This document shows, in pieces, positions 21,601-26,685 of a stretch of 36,135 nt of DNA (position 1 is the stretch's first letter; each line of letters begins with the position of its first letter). This stretch comes from an uncultured archaeon. Lineage in GTDB: Archaea > Asgardarchaeota > Thorarchaeia > Thorarchaeales > Thorarchaeaceae. Where the stretch lies: contig CAZPWM010000028.1 of NCBI GenBank assembly GCA_964590575.1, positions 1 to 36,135 of the forward strand. Reading direction: 5' to 3'. A model generated the notes under the pieces. It searched no databases. It was not told where the DNA came from and worked only from the letters and a program-made list of their open reading frames with translations. The position numbers and the translations under genes are program-made.

Positions 21601-24320
21601 GCGTACTCTAGGTCAAAGAGGGACCAGTCACCAAGGCCAATTGGAAACTTACCTGAGAACCCTAGTAGGTCGTCAAGACCAGCAAATAATCCTTCAATCG
21701 TGTTCTCAATGTCCTCAAGCACCGGTTTGATGAGCCCACTCAGCCAGTCGAAAACTTTTCCAAGGAGCCATTTCACACCATTTGTGAAAATGTCCTTAAT
21801 ATCCATGAAGAACTCAAGCGTGTCTTCGAGCATGGTCTCATCGAAACCAACGCCAAGGAGGCCCTCCGCATAACCTAGTATCTCACTAATGACCTCCGTG
21901 GAGCTTGGCATATCCTCCTTACTAATACCAAAAGCATCTGGGAAGAATGATTGCAGTAGTTTCAGAAAGGCATCAATTGGAACATCATCAAATGCTGGCA
22001 ATGAGCCAACCAGCGAACCAGCAGCCATTAGAACAGACTGCATGATACCTTGGAATGACTGACCCTTGATCCCCTGAATCATCGTGATGATGCCGCCAAC
22101 AATTTGCCCGGCAGTATCCAAGACCTCATCAGAGCCTGGCAAGCCGCTAATGACATTCTCAACATCCAGATACGAGAGAACATTCTTTATCATAGTGGGG
22201 GCATCGCTGAGTTCAGAAACGAAATTACTGACAGTCTTGCTGACCATGTTCTTCAGAGCGTCACTGTCGGACACAAGGGCAATTAGACCCATGATTGGCT
22301 TCACAGCGCTATTGAGCGCCTCAATGACCTGGGCTGCTTCACCTCCTCCTATGACTTCGTTAATCAAATCTGCAGCAATCTCGAATAGGTCAGGCAGCTG
22401 ATTCTTGTCGAAGGCTCCATTGAAGAAACCAGTGAGCATGGTCATAGTATCTCGGACAACATCCTTGATGGCTTGGGTGACACCACTTGTAGCAGAATCA
22501 AGGATGCTTGAGATTTGTGACTTGAAACCATTGACATCACTGAATGCCCCTTCTTGGAACGATTTGATTACTGCCATCATCTGTTTTGCGAGATCTTCGG
22601 CACCACCGGGGATGTTGGATCCACCAACAATCTCCTGCAACATATCAACTCCGAACTCTAGGAAAGATGTAGTGTCAAAGTCATCGAGTAGATTGAAAGC
22701 GGACATTCCCATCTTCACAATAGACATTACTTTGTCGACAGCATCACTCAGACCCGTGACCGAGAGAATGGAACCCAGAAGGTCGGTTCCGATTGTTTCT
22801 ACAAACTTCACAAAATCCTTGCCTGAGAGGAAGTCAATTGTTGCCTCCACTAAACTTATGATTCGCGGAAGAAGAGTCGAGACCTGACCTGAGGTCATTC
22901 CGAGTGTTGCAGCAAGAGTCTTGTTCAGAAAGGCTTGAAGTGTATTCTTCGTGAAGAAACTGAATATAGTATCAAACACCCCTTTGCCTTCGGAAACAAC
23001 GCTACTTATGATGTCCCAGAGACCATTCTCGGTACCAAGGATTTGACCAATGAAGTCCTTTGCCATCTCCGGAACGGAATCAGGCAAAAGAGCAGTTACG
23101 AGCTCTCCGACTATTTCCAATATACTAGCAATATCACCTCTGAAGTTGAAGAGAGCTTTCAATATAATATTCAAGTAGTCCTTGAATTCCGCCATAAACG
23201 GGAACTCGTTCGCTATGGCTTGGACAATTGATTTTAGTGGGGACTCAAGGTCGAAATCTTTCACAATTCCAATTATTGGTTCAAGAACCTCGAACAAGCC
23301 CTTGATGGTCTCGATAAGGTCCGTGGGTATAGAGATTACAGTTGAACCGGAGTCACCCAGGACACTCAAAAGAACATCAATTATCTCACCAATAGGTCCC
23401 CTGAGAGCAGAAAGCAGAGGAATCTCACCAAGAACATAATCACTAGATGCAACTTCATCTGCAGTGCTTATTTTGATTGCAGGCGAGAAGTCTTCAGGCA
23501 GCTCTTCCTCCTCTAGCTCGACCAGTTTTCCTTCTTCACCCATTTGATAGAATGCTGGCTCGATTGTAGGTGCATGCTCCGCCCACATCGCATCGGTTCT
23601 CTTCTGCATATCATCTTGATCAATCTCACCAACTGCATCTACTGGTTCAATACTTCTCTCAAAGAACGTTTCGAAGTTATCGCCATAAATCTTCAACGCG
23701 ATGGTCCGAAGATCACCAGCAGCGTTCTCATAGTCACTGCTAAGGTCGGCTCTTGTTGAAATGACTTCGTGTATAGTCCACATATCAAAGAAAGCGAGAA
23801 GTAAGCCGTCTACCTGTTCCGCCTTGCTTGTACGAATATTCGTGTTCGCATCAACAAGAAATTGTTCTAAGCTTAATGTATTCCCCATTCCAACGATATG
23901 TTGAGTCATTTCATGTTCTGCCAATAGACTGTAGAACTGGTCCCAAGTAATGTTCATATCTCGAAAATGAACACTCCTCAAATCCGAACTCAAAGCATAG
24001 ATGGCAATCCATGGTTCTGCCATTAACTCATATTGCAGGCTTGACCAATCGCAAATTGACACCATTTGTATATGTTCAAGCCGAAATGCAAGTACTTGGT
24101 GAACATTTTCTGCTATCGTTCTCAGTAGCTTACTTGATGGATCATAAAAGATGTATACAGGGTCTATCTCGTACTTCGCCAATGGGTCTCGGAATAATGG
24201 TTCCTCTTGCTGCATCATCTCGCCAGCCCAAACTGCTTGTGGAATAAACCCAACAAGCATTATCGTGATAAAAACAACAGAAACCAGTTGGATCCTCAGT
24301 AGTCTCCGGTTCATATGCAT
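9627..24320 (-). CDS. Giant (4897 aa) membrane-anchored surface protein with TSP3-like DxDxDG repeats and FG-GAP/VCBS beta-propeller repeats; adhesin-like
   Basis: Uninterrupted ORF with GAGGAGG upstream of the start. N-terminal signal peptide (RRLLR plus hydrophobic core ending AVWA). Many D-T/S-D-x-D-G-L-x-D-x-x-E...T-N-P repeats and many GDxDGDGxxEIxxG repeats. Two internal TM helices (about aa 2097-2123 and 2184-2203), a C-terminal TM helix with an RRKRK tail, and abundant N-x-S/T sequons. Confidence 0.92.
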   Translation of the reverse strand: MHMNRRLLRIQLVSVVFITIMLVGFIPQAVWAGEMMQQEEPLFRDPLAKYEIDPVYIFYDPSSKLLRTIAENVHQVLAFRLEHIQMVSICDWSSLQYELMAEPWIAIYALSSDLRSVHFRDMNITWDQFYSLLAEHEMTQHIVGMGNTLSLEQFLVDANTNIRTSKAEQVDGLLLAFFDMWTIHEVISTRADLSSDYENAAGDLRTIALKIYGDNFETFFERSIEPVDAVGEIDQDDMQKRTDAMWAEHAPTIEPAFYQMGEEGKLVELEEEELPEDFSPAIKISTADEVASSDYVLGEIPLLSALRGPIGEIIDVLLSVLGDSGSTVISIPTDLIETIKGLFEVLEPIIGIVKDFDLESPLKSIVQAIANEFPFMAEFKDYLNIILKALFNFRGDIASILEIVGELVTALLPDSVPEMAKDFIGQILGTENGLWDIISSVVSEGKGVFDTIFSFFTKNTLQAFLNKTLAATLGMTSGQVSTLLPRIISLVEATIDFLSGKDFVKFVETIGTDLLGSILSVTGLSDAVDKVMSIVKMGMSAFNLLDDFDTTSFLEFGVDMLQEIVGGSNIPGGAEDLAKQMMAVIKSFQEGAFSDVNGFKSQISSILDSATSGVTQAIKDVVRDTMTMLTGFFNGAFDKNQLPDLFEIAADLINEVIGGGEAAQVIEALNSAVKPIMGLIALVSDSDALKNMVSKTVSNFVSELSDAPTMIKNVLSYLDVENVISGLPGSDEVLDTAGQIVGGIITMIQGIKGQSFQGIMQSVLMAAGSLVGSLPAFDDVPIDAFLKLLQSFFPDAFGISKEDMPSSTEVISEILGYAEGLLGVGFDETMLEDTLEFFMDIKDIFTNGVKWLLGKVFDWLSGLIKPVLEDIENTIEGLFAGLDDLLGFSGKFPIGLGDWSLFDLEYALGIRANFAIDLNPIFDMIVSMIFDAREVFSMDNIGDFFKTMLSFFEISPQFYAELGIGGFDTEKNALMKTMLSSLGLKLSFEGSAKFVVNLFTFRGGMFEWDNFFKIVEWSLHIKIHIGKVFTLLDFLTAGVGGGALNTVAEFLGLDMITIEVYFEIAIDIVKKAATAVAAEVSSMTLTIIFGLSLHIPIELIIVAITIDGTLEIILTFFQDFADPAPMKITLRLIFTLKVKFRFLMFSDSAKFTWEPGGPWDLSPNKGEVEYNESGVGFDTDGDGLADTFEDETPGLDKNKADTDNDGANDKLEFQTMGTDHANPDSDGDGLLDGREWDLGTNPMREDTDWDDVDDYKEVEVYGTNPLEQDTDGDGLSDSYEIYTKLDISNVTPTVTEIIIGGESYNDRTDPLNPDTDGDGLVDGDEGPMGAYYGDPALYNDTEDSTSETGWAMDPNPLIFNGGFTHPLDADTDDDSALQLYNGVVDSQAYLFLKDMNDGAEVAGFWIIIYDEEGEPENKHVFTNPCNPDTDGDTGVTDRTPQPGLWLNSDGYELAQTPPTDPTDGDSDDDGILDGLEGVLNPYSNHTNPLDPDTDDDGLFDLQEILLGSDPREQDTDGDMISDGDEFYTFFTNPNVWDSDFDGLGDGEEVYFWHTNPMTDDSDADMIYDGDEVLIYGSDPMDEDSDNDGLTDYEEIFVYYTDPFDYDTDDDLLSDGEEIELYDCDPLSWDTDGDSITEPNEFGEMTFPLNDYQEVNGFYIFKMNESGIMYQEWVFTNVTEADTDQDGLSDAMELYLASGLVPWLDPIPLDPANKDTDHDFIPDGAEMAIENVSGLIYPYRAMTLVFRYNTSPVDRDSDDDLLIDYQEVLVFNTNPANNDTDNDTITDWWETWVYNTSALYNDTDGDELYDFEETLVEVWPYGPWPPSNWSIGMETEEMYAYTHESMFALAEESPILQFVPSQAIYETLATDPDCDDDWLPDGAEVNFYHTDPLDDDSDDDGVPDTLEFDTDFDGLEDGIEFQLKLYRLGGGIFVQDSDGDGISDGDEYYLYGTNPASADSDGDGYPDGMEIVIGTNPLTNTTITEYEQAISVSRGEASMDVLMPLAIVNNAQTVDVNVLNFTSFKSMKFRYNTSAGWSNNLTMTYNPVTMTWTYTAMQWEIGTYELQVFAVDYDDDTHMAIRIFTVAAAPTYLEPISPLVYLAVGAGIGIFVILFLLYGLPLILRYRKKRRGPEPGEKPPELEALAEDVSEKSKEKSSEKKSDSSKKEKKSTTSKKNSRKGGSSLALMFLALTFLGMLLVSSFGYVPSAPMRGTEEDTSAFDQYPAGWEDLPPELQGQIAEMFNPTVQKMPSDQDIGQVLGDRVNDYAMNYEPWRSKAAIHAVAYDEGTGFLALGGGYLYDNQIHVFRLNTQTNLWDKVWDTGDSVFQSDVMALDFGDTDLNNLIEIVAGCTDGYVYVFEQRHLYDPYANTENQFDHVWTSPDMFRVFALKVDDVDRDYRPDIIAGGWDGKLHLFEYDNHSGYPFVEEHWITYDEVATLDAGEKIYSLETGDTNYNGLPEIICGSRDGTVYVFENDGITIMINGQPFPLIYDNHYYLNWTSENYTWTPIQSMAVGELDNTPGDDIVLVAQGQGVFTLEWNPWTHTYDYQKVYRDFKPWETFGFWGLDNYVDRMIYAHNVTYHDPLDITIIENEPIEYVWNDVLLIFEPDASVYPYNSGMAGPVHHGGALDGNFSNFNAFLVGVDNATAILDFGLDEEGTGGANSNDDLEIYFKAGTDLSHLSSDFWFYISQDGTDWELISSDRYNPDVDVVGVDVDDALSHRKWDWFRYAKIMVNNSGFYQVNGIELEQVYNTLTDALSVTVGPLRLDGMSYLQGLDEPIKIIVGSVTGEINAIMYNDTSFEYDVIYDSGDDSFYTFGANIWDMIYVGNQPDVPTWNWQYGMPWVPDAGTTYSSWSYATLNPWLFGGATFNYLMGTNEGQVRVFTVPDVVPVGIGPEIDFTTQAYFNNINIEIAGDGWDSVSVEAPLFMNGLELANPYSIWPFIALGLFNPEISLEDIPLTSSTTDPTRAAVVFYYRSDELSVFSDRIDLWEIDSTGELTEVINMAPVEPKLDFADFDGDGDLDFTVSNGHIYMARNMWYESGTMNFTLVRGYYDEINAKQTSKIWGQPEMVDIDSDGDLDLILSYSNKMGATCWINDGTAENPTWVEDKMIMSNPLPETNMKYQNFTDIRIVPKMGSYFSGYTLERWYEFWGWDMDFNWTLAGYREGNQRLAWAAPEFDTTESYIVASYPRVAQLDFSLMSGGLVGYEIYNNIGFHVHESWSNDADLGDWTLTITAGDIDGDGNNELIVGDYDNNVYVFEHLANNNYKRMFRSFDLNHTEISDVSPYLYEDLEGISGDFNRRIWDHANHLVADVDLDQDGLKEIIVSANLQIYVFEDKGLYGGDEIQFVYSIDLRDTEWSSRAGWEEVTEITAMAAGDDLDYNGEMELAVAAGPYLFIYNVPVGTFEGMNETEFFVTHSALEGRYFLVGNPEYPDFRYYYINTMTLCDTDEDGYKEVIIGGIEDTRFERQNGFVHIYECQGGTFYKAWEAPEEVTYWNPISVIRLDDQDYDGAQEIVIGHTHGFDLWEWIPGTDSEYQKVEYVTASPNYPVVPLKKAHWPSGTPADELDTITTERSIKDMARGIGPFDDYIFMVYENASRIWLKLYLEPNDLWSYGEYLLTPSTGMTYTGNASSIVREIRPSIQSMPDGDLYIMWEVYDTLANHYVAICYFDTSTGWHGVLLWRDTYGVQPIGTTFYDRYWPSVFEYDSTHVGFVFMYDAWNIISGNIYGRVGAAYILKDLSGSWTNCHPNFNDRTYFQAHDVDVVKLADDDGDDKYQYAIAMSAVYTKSSKADYDVWVFVSDEESNFNFTLSSPHQATTLFDDEMFVDIGELESPERSIVVIYETMGVPLEDRIGMVASTTKGRTWSYQENLNTIPDYIERVELPGGIVYYQFPGGPTIFWGPLQLSVFSPAVVAMDDAGFMYTSTFSYSVYVPAGIIMDNPVFWKFHFINYGINRQSDWTKNHLRNVVDLDTGDTDSDGRREVVAGFDNQVGVYEMKHSTNGTGFMTHEEVWLSDPFTHPVTGVTVSDTNGNGWDEIGISTERGDVYLWEYLDPSEGAVNLMYSQQLWTTPTAGDFTWVIMSDMMDSYDFDLDGYDEVIAAHSNEKSVFALDDDGSVRWEFTDSNDGFNDMILRDINNDTIPEVLCAGNDTILYVLDIHNGSLMWSYDSTSYVWQLTTGDVTGDGLPEVLFTDYAGELWVLYANGTMLAHNAFGAYPQFSPVVGNFTNDLLPQVAIVNLNGELFVVNPLNGTIFYQSPALTASVTSNILAHDFNYDGFDDVVFTWNSTHILDVTTGLIYYNSSYMGIINEIRIADFDGDNIVEILVQTYYSGIYLEEVKSGVTQWHYDLTHLWALGYLVGIWDVDIAQIGGSGNYDIVAAGAIYDAGGPLDIGIVLAIDGRNGVPIWFNYSDGVYTEVTRAYLPGSEFDSIVAWDYTHEDIVAVQAVIPTEAPDVVAYENHDLYWEMGVNNVYGVWVDDIDGKPLDEIVVAGRNTDGKYTLALIDGLTMKVGWNITFESKISDIQIGYISDWSTKDLAVWSGLQSVYIIDGLDGQLLFHIKAPDAHEVEGIRVADFSSAAGNDFEELAVLIRQLSGGSQVYIEWYDEAGNVLYNTKADGFTSTATSYRMAVGNFRGGTTADIAMGASIINARIYNGGNGAFFTTASPTSTYGLAAGDFNGDGSADLAVMDSGSDIHMFEFVGGGSFTLNFATGTVREFFAGDLYNNDSVDELVVNLERYGAIAYSFTGTEVWRYNAPLVLGGKDTHIVLEDMNADGWTDLVLTNKEYINVVDGFTARLLWHYWKEDLTSNFDPRVGHFYSASGRDVLCYGNNLMYVVAHDAIAAPVTLPAALFQVDTAYVPLDLALLVGFVCFTLLYVVIPHPKVVWTRRKRKDM
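9800..17500 (-). repeat. FG-GAP/VCBS-like and PQQ-like beta-propeller blade repeats within the giant protein
   Basis: Examples: GDTDLNNLIEIVAG, GDTNYNGLPEIICG, ADFDGDGDLDF, GDIDGDGNNELIVG, GDVTGDGLPEV, GDFNGDGSADLAV. The C-terminal part has PQQ-like LYVLDIHNGSLMWSY and INVVDGFTARLLWHY. Confidence 0.85.
18390..20795 (-). repeat. Array of about 26 thrombospondin type 3-like (bacterial TSP3) Ca2+-binding repeats within the giant protein
   Basis: Hand count of 26 D-[TSC]-D-x-D motifs from GFDTDGDG to ADSDGDGYPDG. The core unit is about 22-23 aa, with variable insertions. Confidence 0.85.
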
Positions 24321-24325
24321 ATGCG

Positions 24326-24455
24326 CCTCCTCTCACGACGTCCGGCAGCAGAAGGAGCATTAGAAACCACGCATAGTATGGTGGTAATGACCAAGGCGTC
24401 TTGCATCTCTTATTTGATAACGCATGCAAGCGACCTTCCTCTCCTCGGCCACCCA
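24326..24455 (-). promoter_or_regulatory. Structured 5' leader and ribosome-binding site of the giant gene
   Basis: Nested stems: 24443-24451 with 24388-24396, and 24424-24430 with 24400-24406 (perfect CTTGCAT/ATGCAAG). A second hairpin pairs 24381-24385 with 24366-24370. SD GAGGAGG at 24332-24326. Confidence 0.45.
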
Positions 24456-24470
24456 GCGAACTAGCATTTA

Positions 24471-24493
24471 GTAATATCATACCGATATATTAC
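24471..24493. promoter_or_regulatory. Palindrome GTAATAT-N9-ATATTAC in the putative promoter of the giant gene
   Basis: Perfect 7-bp inverted repeat in an AT-rich, TATA-like stretch about 150 bp upstream of the start codon. Confidence 0.45.
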
Positions 24494-24693
24494 TTCTGCT
24501 CCTATTCGAAATTCTCGCTATAATCTAGAAACACCTCTGGGTGTGACCATTGATTGAGTTGTGGCTGTTGACCTGAACATGGCTGGTACAGGTGTGATTG
24601 CAGTCAACATCCGCGAGTTTTGAATAGTCGTGTACGTGGGCTCGTCATTCACTGAGCTATGTGTATACAAACAAATCCGAAATGAACAAAATA

Positions 24694-25315
24694 ATGAGGG
24701 GCAGTTACCTCAAAAAAGTATTAACGAAACCATATTTTTCAATTGTCCTCTATTACTAAGGAAATAGCACTTTCAATAATGGAAATCCCGCTAATATGAG
24801 AATCACAACTGTAAGACCAACTTCTAACCATTTTGACCTTGTTTTGAGTGAGAATACACTTCCAAGTCGAGAGCCAATAGCAATGCTCCAATTCCTTTCC
24901 GCTCAATGCAAGTTCGGCTGGGAGATTCAGATGACCTTATTTACACACCTTGGAGATATGTTCCATGGCCAGATCACCTTTATGTTCCTCCTATTCAAGG
25001 GGATATATGGATTTGTGTCTATTTTGAAGATTGGTATGTACAAGCTTGGGCAAACATTCGATGGATCACACTCAAAGGATTTCTTTCTTTAGTCCACTTA
25101 CAATAAACATCTTTGGGCTCTTGCTAAATCTAGGTCAATTGCTGGACATCGGACTAGTGATCCTTATTGTTTTCCTAGTAATTAAGCGATGGCTTGTCAA
25201 GACTACTCAACTTAATCGGATAGCTCTATTGTCTGATAATCGGTTTGTCCCAATTATCCTGCGTATATTGTTTACTATCACACTAACCTCATCCGAATCT
25301 ATAACTATTCACTAG
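24694..25315 (+). pseudogene. Probable disrupted gene for a small membrane-anchored surface protein
   Basis: ATG at 24694, in-frame TAA at 24757-24759, then consecutive fragments in three frames (24796, 24906, 25031). Joined, they read ...FNNGNP...MQVRLGDSD..YTPWRY...GDIWICVYFED...ANIRW/DHT... followed by a TM helix and KR. Confidence 0.45.
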
Positions 25316-25378
25316 CGGCTCTTTTTGATTCTGACACGAAGGCAATCACCGCTCAAACTGAAGTTATGTTGAATGTTC

Positions 25379-25693
25379 TCATGCATAAGAACCACCTTCA
25401 TATGGAATTCCCTCCTTGGTTAGGTAGTCATTGAAATTGGAGACCGCTTTTGCATTACCCCCAAATTTATCTTTTATGAGCGAGAGAAGAAGAAGATCTT
25501 TCTGTTCCTGTTTAACGATAGTCCAGTACTCGTAGTCTGAATCGCCCCAAAATTTCTTTGGAGCCTCGCCTACATCCTGTCCTGACATAAAGACATTGCC
25601 GTTATCATCGATCTCAACATCAATGAAAATTGAGGTTTCTCCCCGTTTCTCATAAAGCCTGAGGCGCGAATTGGATTCGTTCATCTTTCTCAT
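25379..25693 (-). CDS. Hypothetical protein (104 aa)
   Basis: Globular-looking ORF with a conserved-looking SGQDVGEAPKKFWGDSDYEYW motif. No function recognised. Confidence 0.75.
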   Translation of the reverse strand: MRKMNESNSRLRLYEKRGETSIFIDVEIDDNGNVFMSGQDVGEAPKKFWGDSDYEYWTIVKQEQKDLLLLSLIKDKFGGNAKAVSNFNDYLTKEGIPYEGGSYA

Positions 25694-25773
25694 CCAGATA
25701 CTATTTTTGTATGGCTTTCAATCTGTCGTCCTTGACCCGGAGGAAACTATATCCAAATGATACTAGCAGAAAA

Positions 25774-26190
25774 TCATAAATCAACGGTATTGTTACGTTT
25801 CATCTGAGCCAGAGTTACGGCCTCATCAACGGACAATTTTTCTTCTGTGAGAAGTTCTGTCAAAATCTCAAGATACTGATCGTTGAGTCTGAATCCATCT
25901 CCTTCAACAACTCGTAGTGTTGCTCGATGATTCCACTCTGCTTCAGTGTCATCTACAGAGTGTAAAGTCACAACATAGTTCTCTCCCGCTCGACCCATCA
26001 TCAGTTTCACATTGCTGTATGTGAGTCCCCTCATTTCGCTGCCAATGGATCTCTGGGCATAGGCTTGAATCGCGGACATGAAGGACCCGAACAATTCCTG
26101 ATTCACTCTAATATCTTCGAGACCTACTGACGCTTGACGAATACCCGCTTCATCAAACACGATTATGCCCTTCACGATTGCGACAACCAT
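25774..26190 (-). CDS. Longin-like domain protein
   Basis: Longin/Roadblock-superfamily topology: beta hairpin (IIVFDEAG), then the helix LFGSFMSAIQAYAQRSIG (typical of Asgard longin-like proteins), three short strands and C-terminal helices. Confidence 0.7.
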   Translation of the reverse strand: MVVAIVKGIIVFDEAGIRQASVGLEDIRVNQELFGSFMSAIQAYAQRSIGSEMRGLTYSNVKLMMGRAGENYVVTLHSVDDTEAEWNHRATLRVVEGDGFRLNDQYLEILTELLTEEKLSVDEAVTLAQMKRNNTVDL

Positions 26191-26265
26191 ATTGTAGTCT
26201 AATCCATTAACTAATGAAGAACTGTATTATTAGTACTTAGTATTGACTTACTGAAGTCCTGCAAG

Positions 26266-26655
26266 TTACTGTCCTAGAAGCTCGCCAACTTCACGAGCAT
26301 ATTTCCTCATTTGGGTGACTGCGAGACCCATCGATGTCAGATCTTTTGCGGAACCCATTAGTAAGAATTCACCTGCATGCGAGAGAACTACAAAACCATC
26401 CTTGCCTCGAACAACAACCTCGTAGAGCTCATCGAGACCTAGTTTTGTTGCGGCCATATCCCCGGTCATAAGAAGTGCAGCACTAACTGCAGCCATGAGA
26501 TCTGGGTCCGCATCAGACTCTTCTGTAGCAAAATACGCAAGTTTGACTCCTTGCTTGCTAACGACAGCTATTGCATCAAGGTCTGCATAATTAGTGAGAC
26601 CCATCAGTAGCTCAACAAGTTCCTTTTCCTTTACAGGGTCAAGATGAGATGACAT
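26266..26655 (-). CDS. Roadblock/LC7 (MglB/LAMTOR-like) domain protein
   Basis: AIAVVSKQGVKLA, DLMAAVSAALL, ELYEVVVRGKDGFVVL and MGLAVTQMRKYA give the canonical Roadblock pattern. GAGG upstream of the ATG. Confidence 0.92.
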   Translation of the reverse strand: MSSHLDPVKEKELVELLMGLTNYADLDAIAVVSKQGVKLAYFATEESDADPDLMAAVSAALLMTGDMAATKLGLDELYEVVVRGKDGFVVLSHAGEFLLMGSAKDLTSMGLAVTQMRKYAREVGELLGQ

Positions 26656-26685
26656 TTTATTTACCTCTTTTCATGCTATTCAGTA

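Noticed and set aside
9627-24320. Calling the giant protein a true integrin, an RHS/MARTX toxin, or part of a mobile island
   Set aside because: I saw no integrin thigh/calf domains or GFFKR tail, no YD/RHS core, and no integrase, tRNA or flanking repeats. A possible GC difference from the flanks could not be quantified by eye.
9798-24363. Numerous 60-221 aa ORFs antisense to or out of frame within the giant gene (e.g. 20599..21264, 14067..14642)
   Set aside because: Shadow ORFs expected from the codon bias of an Asp/Gly-rich gene; they show no motifs and no RBS support.
24142-24480. 112-aa minus-strand ORF overlapping the start of the giant gene, considered as a regulatory uORF
   Set aside because: Its ATG lies inside the putative promoter palindrome and the translation does not look like a protein. 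It cannot be fully excluded without Ribo-seq.
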